Below are positions 1 to 11,477 of a stretch of DNA of 64,000 nucleotides, piece by piece. Both the position numbers and the translations under genes were made by a program. Location: positions 22,859 to 86,858 of the forward strand of contig NW_021833046.1 in assembly GCF_006345805.1 (NCBI RefSeq), given 5' to 3'. Every line of letters starts with the position of its first letter. The first letter of the stretch is position 1. The notes under the pieces are model-generated. The model saw only the letters and a program-made list of their open reading frames with translations, was not told the origin of the DNA and ran no database searches. Origin of the DNA: Octopus sinensis. Its lineage: Eukaryota.

Positions 1-225
1 CTGACTGGCCCTCATGCTGGTGGCATGTAAAAAGCACCCACTACACTCTCAGAGTGTTTGGCATTAAGAAAGGGCATCCAGCAGTAGAAACTTTGCCAGA
101 TCAGATTGGAGCCTGGTACAACCTTCTGGCTTGTCAGCCCTCAGTCAAACCATCCAACCCATGCCAGCATGGAAAGCGGACATTAAATGATGATGATGAT
201 GATGACGATGATGATGATGATGATG

Positions 226-1425
226 AAGGTGTGTCTGGTTTTTGAGGCCATTTGTTTGAATTTAGAAAAAGACACATGGCTCATCAAAGAAAAGCTGTAT
301 TTGAAAACAAATTGATAAAAATAGTCTTGAGAATGTTTTCATCACACCTATTCAATGGATCTACCATTACCATCAATCAGTATAGGGTCGGAAGTGTTGA
401 CATGCCCAAATCAGATTATCTTTATCAATTTTGGACATAGTGCTAGTTATAGTAGACTTGACAGATTGCATAGTGTTAAGGGGTTGTTGAATGACCTCTC
501 TCCTGACTATGCCCTATATGTAATAGTACAGTAGATTGAGGTCTGGTGAGCTAGGTGATCATGTGTCTAGGAGAACATGATCATGGAAACTGGCACACAT
601 CCACATTTGGGTTGTCCGAGCCTTATGAAATGGTGCAAAGTCTTGTTGGAGGATGTACATTTTTCATTACATACTCTATCCATCCAGGGCCAAACAAGTT
701 TTTCCAACTCCTCTGTGTAAATTGCAGTATTGATTCTTAAGCCTTGTGAAAAAAAGTGAGGAGGCATAACATCTCCTTTATTGCTGAAGACTCCCAGACC
801 CATTACTGCTGCTGGGATCTTAGTATTCATGACCATTGGAACCTTATTTGGGTTTCTGTATAACCACCTGTCATTCCTTGGGTTTCTGTATAACCACCTG
901 TCATTACTTTTCAATCTTGATCAGCTTTTCCCATTAGCGAAAACCCAAAGGATTCTACCTCTTAGTGTTTTAGCTTGTTTAGCAAACTCTTTGCTAAAAT
1001 GAGTCTCTCTTGTCACATCCATCATAAACTGACCCCTCCACATTACATACGAATTGTACTGGATATTTTCATGAACAACATTTCTGGTGGTGCATTCTGA
1101 AACCTTGAGATCTTTTGCAATGGCTCTGATTGACTTTCTGAGGTTTTTATTGATTATTTCTTGTATTTTTTGTACAAATTTATGTGTTCTGATAGTATTA
1201 GGACCCTGTGCATGTATTTGCATTTAGCTGCTTCCAGCTCCTTTTGAACTTTGACAACAAAGGATCAGACAACTTTCAGGAAGCAAGTTATCTCTGCTTC
1301 ACTGTGCTGTACTTTTAAGTTGACAATTACTGCATACCTTTCTATTTGCTGAGTCAATATTTTATCTGACATTATTTATCTGAAAAGTAAGATAAGAAAG
1401 TGATGTCCTCAAAAAAACTGAAGCC

Positions 1426-1430
<5 letters not shown>
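226..1430 (-). mobile_element. Decayed Tc1/mariner-superfamily DNA transposon (maT/DD37D-like)
   Basis: Minus-strand transposase remnants: SIRAIAKDLKVSE, RNDRW, VMGLGVFSNKGDVMPPHFF, SPDLN.L.YY; diverged TIR-like ends (..ttttttgagg.cat..) near 226-251 and 1405-1430. Confidence 0.8.
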
Positions 1431-1514
<84 letters not shown>

Positions 1515-1720
1515 GTGAAATAGAAAGATGAATAATCTTGTTGCAGATTAATCAAAAGTTTAACCGATACCTTGGTAGCAAAAATCACAGCAGAAGACAG
1601 CACGGTTGGAGGTACAACCATATGGTGTTGCAACCGTGTTGTTGGTGCGGATAATTGAATTTTAATATTTTTAGTGAATTGAAGAAATGGAGTTGAACGA
1701 AGATTGAACAGAAATCGTTT

Positions 1721-1813
1721 TATTTCATTCTACACGTGTTTCGAAAGGCACAATTTACCAAATTCCGATTGAATAATGAGACCATATTGTGTCTTTCTCT
1801 TCAGGAAGAAATA
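1721..1813 (-). ncRNA. Type I hammerhead ribozyme motif (Penelope-associated minimal type)
   Basis: Minus strand: stem I tatttcttc / gaa(t)gaaata; core CTGAAGA (1804-1798); 12-bp stem II gaaagacacaat / attgtgcctttc with one mismatch; GAAA (1742-1739); palindromic stem III CACGTG; GUA cleavage triplet. Confidence 0.75.
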
Positions 1814-1869
1814 GGAAATCCGTTGGAAAAAACAAAAACAGAACAGAGGTGGAGCAAAACAAATCGAAC

Positions 1870-2030
1870 TAGGCTCCTAAGAGCCCATGGCCAAACTGTC
1901 CTCCTAGGTCTCTTACAACCACAGGTTCCATCCAATTTGAGTGTACTATACTTCCTTATATAGCTGTCATCACACTCCCATACAGAAACTGTCTTCTCTC
2001 TTGCACACTACATCTGATTTCTCTTATAAC
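1870..2030 (-). mobile_element. Short RTE-like LINE 3' ORF remnant
   Basis: Minus frame reads roughly KLDGTCGCKRPRRTVW, resembling the RTE C-terminal G..GRGRP..TW motif; heavily decayed. Confidence 0.4.
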
Positions 2031-2042
2031 TAACTTTATTTT

Positions 2043-2548
2043 AAATAATAATAATAATAATAATAATTGTGTACAGTGCTCAGGTGCACTACAACTCATC
2101 TAAAGTGTATATATAATCAGGTGTAGTTTCGGCGGATTTCGGAAAGCATGAGGGCCTTAAAGGATGCAGTGTCATGGCAGTCAACAACTGACGCAGGCAG
2201 TTTGTTCCATGCTTCAGCAACTCTGAGCGTGAAAAAATGTTTCCGAAAGTCATGGGAGCTGTGTTGTTTTCTGACTTTGTAGGCATGTCCACGTGTGTTA
2301 GACACATGGAGATCAAAAAGGTGTTCAGTGTTGTTGTTGGTGAGGTGGTTGATAACTTTGTGGGCGTTTACGACGAAGTCCGTCGCCAGACGCCGGAGCT
2401 TCAGTGAATCCATGCCCAGGGAAACAAGGCGCTCAGAATATGGTAGGTGTCTGATGGAGGGTATGCGTTTGGTTGCACGTCTCTGGACAGATTCCAGGAG
2501 GTCAATGTTCTGAGCAAGATAGGGGTTCCAAATACATAGCGCATATGT
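2043..2548 (-). mobile_element. 5'-truncated CR1/L2-like LINE, RT C-terminus plus 3' UTR and (ATT)n tail
   Basis: Open frame IWNPYLAQNIDLLESVQRRATKRIP...TRGHAYKVRK...FFTLRVAEAWNKLPASVV, typical of the CR1/L2-type ORF2 C-terminus; (AAT)n on + at 2043-2068. Confidence 0.88.
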
Positions 2549-3816
2549 ATTTGGTCATTCATGCACACTAACATAGTGCATTCAGCAGAGCATGTTCACT
2601 TAATTTTCTTTCTCTAGCTTTTACAGATCCTCCACACTGAAGGCTCTCGTTCACTACCACATAACAATTGGAATATGTATGCAGGTATCATACAATTTAC
2701 CCTCATTCTGAGAGAGTAAACCTTTATTACCAGCAGAGGTAAGACGCCAAACTATTTCCTTCTCATTACCCTGGCAACTATACTTTCAGCGTGCCCACCT
2801 CCACTGTTGATTAAATCACCTTGGGAACACAAGCTATCAACTACTTCTAAGGAGTAACCTGAGCATTTAAGAGAACTTGTTTTACATATTCTCTTATTTT
2901 ATTTCTGCACCTGTCACACAGAAAGTCTGTCATCACTGTAAGCCTACCTGCACTCTTACAACAACTCTTGTGTGCCTATAGTTTACACTAAGTAATATAG
3001 ATTTTCTAACTTCTGTTTCCCGTAAGCTGAGCATAGCCATTACTCAGACAGTAACAGGATCCTGCCTGTTTTAATTCACTTTTTCTAAGTTTATGTTGAG
3101 GCCTCTCAATTCCAGGTTTCGGTTTCGAAGGTTGGGAATCCTTCATTATATCTGTTTATAGATTTAAGTTCTTTTCTAAATACATAATCAACTATAAGGT
3201 TATCAACATAAAGGACTGCTAGTCATAAACCTTTCTGTTATGGCTTAAGGGACAATATAAACTAGAAGGGATCAAAGATTAGGCCGTCGTAAAAAAAGGA
3301 AAAATACTTGTGTTCAGTAAATTCTATACACATTACTGACTACCACCCTGTTGGTAACACAGTCCTCACAGATCATTCATCCTGGGTTTTCTTAGTGGCC
3401 TTAAATGTGTTTAATATATATAGAAGTCTGGTGCAGCCTCTTGCCTGGCTGGCTCCTGACAAATTGTCCAAGCCATTCCAGCATGGAAGGCAGATGTTAG
3501 ATTATGATGATGATGATGATCATAGTATGTATGTTAGCAGAATTGTTAGAATGCTGGGCAAAATGTTCAGGGTTGTTCGTCTTTACCTTTTGAGTTCAAA
3601 TTCCACCAAGGTTGACTTTGCCTTTCATCCTTTCAAGATTGATAAAATAAGTACCAGTTGAGTACTTGGGTTGATGTAATTAATGTATCCCCTCCCATGA
3701 AACTGCTAGCCTTGTGTCAAAATTTGAAACTAAGATATATATATGTATATATGTATGTGTGTATATATATATATATTAATTAGAGATAAAATCACTATTA
3801 TATATATTATAACTAT

Positions 3817-3852
<36 letters not shown>

Positions 3853-3918
3853 ATATATATTAAATTAGAGATAAAACCACTATTATACTATTATAACTAT
3901 TATATATATATATATATA

Positions 3919-5192
3919 CAGGGTGTATAAGGTATTTGAGGACATACCTTTTTGGGGTCATTGCTGCATTTTTTGCTAACTCTGTATAATCTTTGTTTCA
4001 GAAAATAATAATGGCACACCCTCAGATTACTCAAGAAATGAAGAGGCATGCTGTTATTGTGGTAATAGAGGCTGAGCATAGCGATTTAGAAATATCTCAA
4101 CTTTTAAAAGTTGACAGATCTTTCATCTATAAAGATTGTAAGGAGTTAGAGACTGAAGATGGAAATGTATCACCAGCATCAAAGCCTCAAAGCATAAAAA
4201 GCATTCTAAACATTCTGAAATCATCAGAACACTTGAATTTATCTAGCAAGTTCAACAGACCATTGATTACAATCCCAGAAAGTCCATGAGGTCAGTTGCA
4301 AAAGATCTCCAAGTGTCAGAAGAGACATTCAGAAAAGCTGTCCACAAAGACATCAGATGTAAATTTTATATGATAAAGAAAGGTGAATTTGTCCAAAAAA
4401 AAAAAAGAAAAGAAAATCACTACATCAGATTTAAAGGGTTCTTAAACAAACTGAAAAATCCAGCAGAAGAAAATTTGATTTGGTTTTTCTCAAACGAGAG
4501 AAACTTTAACCAAGATCAAAAAGTTAACAGAAGAAATGACAAATGGTTATGTGCAGACCCTTCAGAAGTTCCAAGTGTTAAGCATACAAAATTTCCTGCA
4601 ACTGTCTTGGTTTTAGGGGTTGTCAGCAATGAGGACATGTGATGCCTCCTTACTTCTTTCCACTTACCTTACAGGCCTTAGAGTACTCTGCCACATACAT
4701 TGAGGTCCTGGAAATAATTGTTAAGCCCTGGATAGACAGTGTATGCAATGGAAGGTCATATGTGTTTCAGTAAAACTCTGCACTATCACACATGGCTCTA
4801 GTAAGTGGCTGAAAATTTTCATGATCACATAACCCCTAACATTTGCCCCCCCCCCTAATTTTCCAGATCTCAATCCATTGGACTATTACATGTGGAGCAT
4901 TATAGAGCAAGGTCAATGAACATGACTATAACACCAAAGATTCTCTGAAAGCTGCCATAGTCAGAGTAATGTCCAAAATGAACCAGGACCACTTGATTCA
5001 AGCATGTAGATGATTTAGATCTCATATAGAAGCAGTTGTTGAGGCTGAAGGTGGCTTTATTGAATAACATTTTAGAAAAGAAGGTTCATTTTTATCCTGA
5101 TTCCATTTTTTGATAAATAAAGTTATAATCTATTATTATATATCTGTTTTTTTATACACATAAATCTGTCCTCAAATATCTTATGCACCCTG
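3919..5192 (+). mobile_element. Full-length but inactivated Tc1/mariner transposon (maT/DD37D-like)
   Basis: TIRs cagggtgtataaggtatttgaggaca (3919) and tgtcctcaaatatcttatgcaccctg (ends 5192), flanked by TA; frameshifted transposase pieces in ORFs 3993-4289 and 4286-4642 (WFFSNERNF, NRRNDKW, VLGVVSNE), and PDLNPLDYY near 4865. Confidence 0.9.
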
Positions 5193-5233
5193 TATATATA
5201 TATATATATAGTATATATATATATACATATATA

Positions 5234-5644
5234 TACTCTTACTCTCTTTACTCTTTTACTTGTTTCAGTCATTTGACTGCGGTCATGCTGAGCACCGCCT
5301 TTAGTCAAGCAAATCACCCCGAACTTATTTTTGTAAGCCCAGTACTTATTCTATCGGTCTCTTTTGCCGAACCGCTAAGTGATGGGGGCGTAAACACACC
5401 AGCATCGTTGTCAGGCAATGCTAGGGGGACAACACCAGACACACAAACACACACCAATACATATAATATATATACATATATACGACAGGCTTCTTTCAGT
5501 TTCCGTCTACCAAATCCACTCACCAGGCATTGGTCGGCCCGGGGCTATAGTAGAAGACACTTGCCCAAGATGCCACGCAGTGGGAATGAACCCGGACCAT
5601 GTGGTTGGTTAGCAAGCTACTTACCACACAGCCACTCCTGCGCC
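5234..5644 (-). mobile_element. tRNA-derived SINE, family A (about 400 bp, internal TA/TG microsatellite, AAGAGTA-type tail)
   Basis: Near-identical to copies at 23265, 24716, 38117 and 42268; head ggcgcaggagtggctgtgtggtaag with a box B-like gggttca. Confidence 0.85.
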
Positions 5645-5669
5645 TATATATATATATATATTATATATA

Positions 5670-5704
<35 letters not shown>

Positions 5705-5751
5705 TTTATATATATAATATATATATATATATAAAAATATATATATATATA

Positions 5752-5835
<84 letters not shown>

Positions 5836-6084
5836 GTATGTCTGTATGTGATAGTGTGTATATATATATATTGGTTTAAAAGTTTGAACACACAAGGCCA
5901 GCAAGTTTGGGGCAGGGGGGTTAAGTCGATTACATTGACCCCAGGGCTCAACTGCTACTTATGTTATCAACCCTGAAAGGATCAAAGTCAAAATCAACCT
6001 CAGCAGAATTTGGACTCAGAATGCAACAAAAATGGTCAAAATACCATTTAAGCATTTTGCCTACCTTTCTTGCATGGTCTTCAT

Positions 6085-6440
6085 CCGACCCATGCAAGCA
6101 TGGAAAGGTAGACGTTAAAATGATGATGATGATGGTGACACGTAAATGATGGTGACACGTAAAAGCACCATCCGTTCATGGCCGTTGCCAGCATCGCCTG
6201 GCCCCGTGCTGGTGACACGTAAAAGCACCATCCGTTTGTGGCCGTTTGTGGTACCTGTGCAGGTGGCACGTAAAAAGCACCCACTACACTCACGGAGTGG
6301 TTGGCGTTAGGAAGGGCATCCAGCCGTAGAAACACTGCCAGATCTGACTGGGCCTGACGAAGCCTCCCAGCTTCACAGACCCCAGTTGAACCGTCCAACC
6401 TATCCTAGCATGGAAAGCGGACGCTAAATGATGATGATGA
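6085..6440 (+). mobile_element. (GAT)n-tailed non-autonomous retroposon, family B
   Basis: Shared 3' end ...ggaaagcggacg(t/c)taaa(c/t)gatgatgat and internal subrepeats containing aaaagcacc; further copies at about 1-225, 3320-3520, 8760-9020, 17560-17870, 25415-25705, 28975-29370, 31840-32280, 33000-33255 and 37200-37500. Confidence 0.8.
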
Positions 6441-7402
6441 TATTAAATTTGGAGAAAGCCGTTCTGCCAATAAGCATATTCTGACAGACGATGTGGTTTC
6501 TATTATGCTGAGCTACCAATGAGATGGTTATTTGTGAATGAAGCCAAAAGTAACCAAACAAACCGGTTTAAACTAGGAAAATGAAAGTGAAACTGAAGCA
6601 TTAATGGAATGAGAATGACAAACAATGATATGATGAGGCAGATAATAATGGAGTGCATTTGTACATACACACGTGTGTGTGTGTCTGTGTGTGCACACAC
6701 ATGATTGTATGTACATATATACATGAGTGTGTGTATGTTTGTATACAAACACACACACATATGTATGTATATGTGCATACATGCAAGCATGCGCACACAC
6801 ACATATATATAGTACAAATGTACACTTAAAGAAATATATATATATATAGGTATGTATGTATGCTTGTATGTGCATATGTGTGTGTGTGTGTGTATGTGTG
6901 TGTGTGTGTGTGTGTACTATGTATATTCTTTTTTTCTTTTAATGATTTCAATATTTGGACAGCAGCCATGCTGGGGTCTCTGTTTTCAATTTTATTGATC
7001 CCAGTACTTCTTAGACGTGTACATATAATATTTTATTGATATTTATTCATCAAATGGTTCAGTGTGCCTTTGATATAAAGGGAAATAACTGAAGATAACT
7101 AGTTGAAAATATGCAAATATATATATATATATATATAACCGTTGCTGTTATGTAAGAGTCACAAATCCAAAATGTTGCTTTTTCAGAAATTGAAAAAATA
7201 GTTTTACCATTTCATAACAAAACTGTTGTCCTACACTTTGACAATTTTTGATATCTTGGCATCTGAAGCAGCTTGAGATTCAACAGCTTGACCAAAAGAA
7301 CTGGCCATTGCAAGCAAAAGTAAATACTGACAAACCGCATTTCACCAAATTTGGACATACAACAATTTAATATAATAGCAAATATATATATATATATATA
7401 TA

Positions 7403-7664
7403 ACATTTTTTCACGCTGAGAGTTGCTGAAGCATGGAATAAACTGCCGGCATCAGTTGTTAGTTGTCGGAGCACTGCATCCTTCAAAACTTCCATGCTTC
7501 CTGAGATTCACCAACACTACACCTGATTTTCTCCCCTCCATACACACGCAAGCATGTATCTGACTCATACACTGTTCACTTCCCAGACATTTGTACATTA
7601 CTACATATGGTTTATATGCACTTTTGACAAGTTGTGGTGCACCTGAGCACTGTATACAATAATT

Positions 7665-7719
<55 letters not shown>
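7403..7719 (+). mobile_element. 5'-truncated CR1/L2-like LINE 3' end, long-3'UTR variant
   Basis: HFFTLRVAEAWNKLPASVV coding end, longer 3' UTR, (ATT)n tail at about 7667-7719. Confidence 0.85.
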
Positions 7720-7722
<3 letters not shown>

Positions 7723-7807
7723 AGGATAAGATCATTATTTAAATATCAAACTTATCAGGTGGCTAGCATGGGAATAAAAACCTCATAGGTAATAATTATT
7801 ACTATAA

Positions 7808-8043
7808 TTATAATTAAAGGTATCTAAGAGATACCACTATGCTAGATATAGCAGCCAAAACTTGACTCTAAAACCACATTAAATGTTCATACAGCACCAG
7901 GAGAGAAGATAAAGAGACAAAATAAAGTAGCAAAAACAATTATTTGTCTTCTGGTGCTGTATGAACATTTAATTTGGTTTTAGAGTCAAGTTTTGGCTGC
8001 TATATCTAGCATGGTGGTATCTCTTAGATACCCTTAATTATAA
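7808..8043. repeat. Foldback inverted repeat (93-bp arms, 50-nt spacer)
   Basis: 7808-7900 is the reverse complement of 7951-8043 with about 3 mismatches. Confidence 0.9.
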
Positions 8044-8074
8044 GTATATATATATAAGTATAATTAAAAGTATT

Positions 8075-8200
8075 TAAACATCCCTGAAAGTTTCATCTGA
8101 ATCCATCCAGCAGTTCTTGAGATATCTTGTCTTCAGACAAACAAACAAAGAAACATGACTGATAAATAATACCTCTGCCTTCAATAAGGTGGATGTAATA
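8075..8200 (+). mobile_element. Helentron/HINE-like 3' fragment
   Basis: tgaaagtttcatc...cagcagttcttgagatatc...(acaa)n followed by a short GC hairpin cctctgcc..ggtgga; family assignment by resemblance only. Confidence 0.35.
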
Positions 8201-9039
8201 ATACTCACAACACTGATAGTAAGAATCAATGACATATTGCAGTATAAACTTTTCACTTTAGTTTTCATTACCTCTATAGTTAAACATGTGAATTGGTAGA
8301 TGCCAAGCATTTTGATAACTTATTTTAAGGTTAATTCCTTCACACCTAAGGCTTATAGTCAAATTTAAACATTCCTATTTACCTTTCCTATCTCAAGCCT
8401 TCACTTCTAATCCCCATACCTTCACCTTTCACCTACTCACACTCATCTCATTTTATCTTCCTTACTCCTATCCCCAATCACTTTATTTTTCTTTGGCATA
8501 TCTTTGTCCCTCTCTTGTCACCTATATAGGCCACAGAATTACCCAAAACTTGTAACTATATCTAAGCATTATCTAAGCCTAATTAGATTACCTATTACCA
8601 ATGAAGAAAATCAAATACTACCAATGTAAGTGATCCTCACAAATTATGAACACACAAACACTTTCCACTTCACAAGAACGTAGGACAACCCAGAACGACA
8701 AGATTAAGATATAAGAAATTCACAATTGAGCATAACAAATGTGTTTTCCCATCAGTCAGCTTATATATGCCAGTGATGGTGGTACATAAAAAGCACCATT
8801 CAAGCATGGTCAATGCCAGTGCCGCCTGACTGGCTCCTAGGCTGGTGACATGTAAAAAGCACCATTTGAGTATGGTCAATACTAGTGCTGCCTGGCTGGA
8901 AAGTGGCACATAAAAAGCATCCACTACAATCTTGGAGTGGTAGGCATTAGCTGTAGAAACCTTGCCAGATCATATTGGGGCCTGGTACAAACTCCTGGCA
9001 TGTCAGTCCTCAGTCAAACCGTCAACAAACCAGAGACTC

Positions 9040-9183
9040 TGGTGCAACTGAAGGGGAACATCAAGAGAGAAATCAGAGAAGTGGGATTCTGAAACTCTTG
9101 AGGGTATTAGGGTGCAAGTTTATTTGTAAAGTTAAAGAAGTTATTAAAAATTGAAACCATCAGTGACTTTTGGGACACCTTGT
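9040..9183 (+). mobile_element. Tc1-like 3' terminal fragment
   Basis: Ends in TIR-like ttttgggacaccttg followed by TA. Confidence 0.4.
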
Positions 9184-9767
9184 ATATATTCTCTCTCTCT
9201 CTCTCTCTCTTTCTCTTCTGCCCTCTGTGTCTCCCTCTGCCCACTGCTGACACGTGTCCTATGGTCAGCTCTTTTTTTCATTTTCACTTTCTTTTTTACA
9301 CCTGTTTTTGAGGTGACTGATCGTAAATTCTCTCGTCTCCACTTCAGCCTGTCTTGCTGTTTCCAATCCTTGAGGATTTTCCTCTAAGCATTTCACATGC
9401 TTCGTCTTCATCTGGCTTTAATGCTGCGTTCTGTTTGTTTTTTCCTTTATTTTGTTTTTGTCCCCTGTCTGTCCACTCGTGGTCTCGTCTTGAATGACAT
9501 TCATTTTCATACATCCATTTCTGTATCACTTGTTATCTATGTATTGTTTGTTCTTGGTCCATATTCCCTGCAACTTGCATATAGCTGGGAATCAATATTA
9601 TCGTTAAAGGCACGAAATTGCATCAAGCCCTCTGGTTGATAACTGATGAGGAATTGGGGACATTCTGTGTGTGTTTTCCATTTGTCTGCGCATTTAATAT
9701 ATTTTTTAACTTGCTATTCTGTGTCCTTTTTTGTGTATTTACTACACATTTTTTACTCATATATATA

Positions 9768-9812
<45 letters not shown>

Positions 9813-11214
9813 ATATATATATATACATATGAGTCTGAGTTTGTGTATCTTACTTAAAGCAAATACATCACTGAAGGCCTAATCAGCTGAGGTGTTTATC
9901 TTGGGATACCATCTTCTATAGACACATAGTGTCTATTTCAGTAGTGGACGAAAATAAATCGTCCAGCCGTGGTGGGGGCACTGCCTGCCTTTTTGACCTT
10001 CGTCAGTAGTAAGTATCCACTGCCAGTCGCAGGCTAAAACAAAACGGCTGTTACTGATACAGCAAATCAATGACTGAAAAATTATAATTTGCTATCTGTG
10101 AAAGAAGCAGCATTAGTTTAAAATAGGAATTTGTGTATCATACTTAAAGTAGATGCATCATTGAAAGCCTAATTCAGTATTCATCTTGATATAACATCTC
10201 TTGTTGGCGAATACTGTTAAGAGACCGAGAAATATAATATTAGTAAATGAAATCATCCAGTAGTGGTAATATTAGTGTTAAATGTGTATTTCTGTGTCAT
10301 TGCACTTCATCAGTGGAAGTCACGTTTGGGCAATAGGGTGGCATTCCTAATTGCCCCCCACCTCATTCTATCAGGTGGGCGATTTTCGTTTACTATTAAC
10401 ATATTTCTGTGTTTTTCGCTTCAGTGTTTTTGGCACTACATGAAGTGGGGTTCTATTTTATGTTTTTGTGATATCAGTTGTCAGGTGTTTAGCATATGCT
10501 CTTTTTCTGTCTACAAGAACATTCATATTAAATAGTTAAATAATAATTTAAGAAATTTATATCGATATTCAAGGTATTTGGGAAAGAATTGGTACTGTCT
10601 TGAAATCTTAACGTTTTTTTTTTTTTTGCCGGATTAATAAAATAAGATTAATAAAAGTGTCTATACTCTTTCATTTGGGCAGGTATCACTTTAGCATTTC
10701 AAGTCTGCACTCTTGTGCAGATTCCATTGAATGTAATTATCTCTGTATAACATTTTCCAAAGCATTCTCTTGATTACGCTTTCCTTTTCTTTTCTTCAGA
10801 TAAGATATATGGTATAGAGGAATGGTTCCCAAAGTGTGCATTGGAAACATCCAGGAGGGCATTAAGAAAAATTGGGGTGGTAGGTAGCAATGCTATCCCC
10901 CTCTATTTTTCAGTGGTACACTCAAGTTTAGAAAAAAGTGCTTAAATATCGACCTGAGAAGGGAACAAAAATAAAGAAAATATAAAACTCCAAAAGTTTT
11001 ATAAATGACGCTGGTCTTAAATTTCTCCTGAGAATTCCCTTGAAAGACGAAAACATATGATACTGAACAAAAACGTTGGTTTCAGATGCCAGCTAACCAC
11101 AACGTTCTTATGTGGTACCCGAGCTAACAATAAGTTGTTAGGCTCTGGGAACTTTTCTCACTGGGTAAATCCAAGTGTCCTGTTCAGGACTATATTTTCC
11201 ATGGAGTAAGCAAT

Positions 11215-11477
11215 AATATTAATAATGATAAAGAGAAAGGATGTTTTTCCATCCATAATTTTACAGTTATTTACAGCATCTGTACGGGACCTACACTTGT
11301 TTCAATCGCAGCAACCTAGCATCGTGGTCGATGCAGTTTCATCAGGGTCCTTACCCTCTGTCATTTTGAAGTAAAACGCTGCAACTGAAACACATGTAGG
11401 TCCCGAAAAATGCTGTAAATAACTTAAATAAAATTATGGATGTGGAAAATCTCCATTCTCCTTTTCAGTATTAATAC
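11215..11477. repeat. Inverted repeat of a Penelope-like terminal unit (arms about 11215-11312 and 11378-11477)
   Basis: Arms are diverged reverse complements; both carry GAAA-ca(a/c)(g/a)tg-TA-ggtcc followed by tgctgtaaataac. Confidence 0.8.
11287..11350 (-). ncRNA. Type I hammerhead ribozyme motif, possibly partly decayed
   Basis: Minus strand: ggacc-CTGATGA-(imperfect stem II with inner gcatcg/cgatgc hairpin)-GAAA-caagtg-TA-ggtcc; stem I is a perfect 5 bp. Confidence 0.6.

Noticed and set aside
3993-4642. Potentially active transposase gene
   Set aside because: Split by frameshifts and stops, with the catalytic region degenerate; counted as a relic.
9250-9529. Short minus-strand frames (MKTKHVKCLEENPQ..., ORF 9344-9529)
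   Set aside because: No recognisable motif, no good splice context and no supporting exons.
9643-9690. CTGATGA (hammerhead core or C/D box C)
   Set aside because: No GAAA after the potential stem II, and no terminal stem or D box at a suitable position.
10285-10320. Minus-strand CTGATGA...GAAA near 10312
   Set aside because: Stem II closing pair is mismatched and no stem I complementarity exists.
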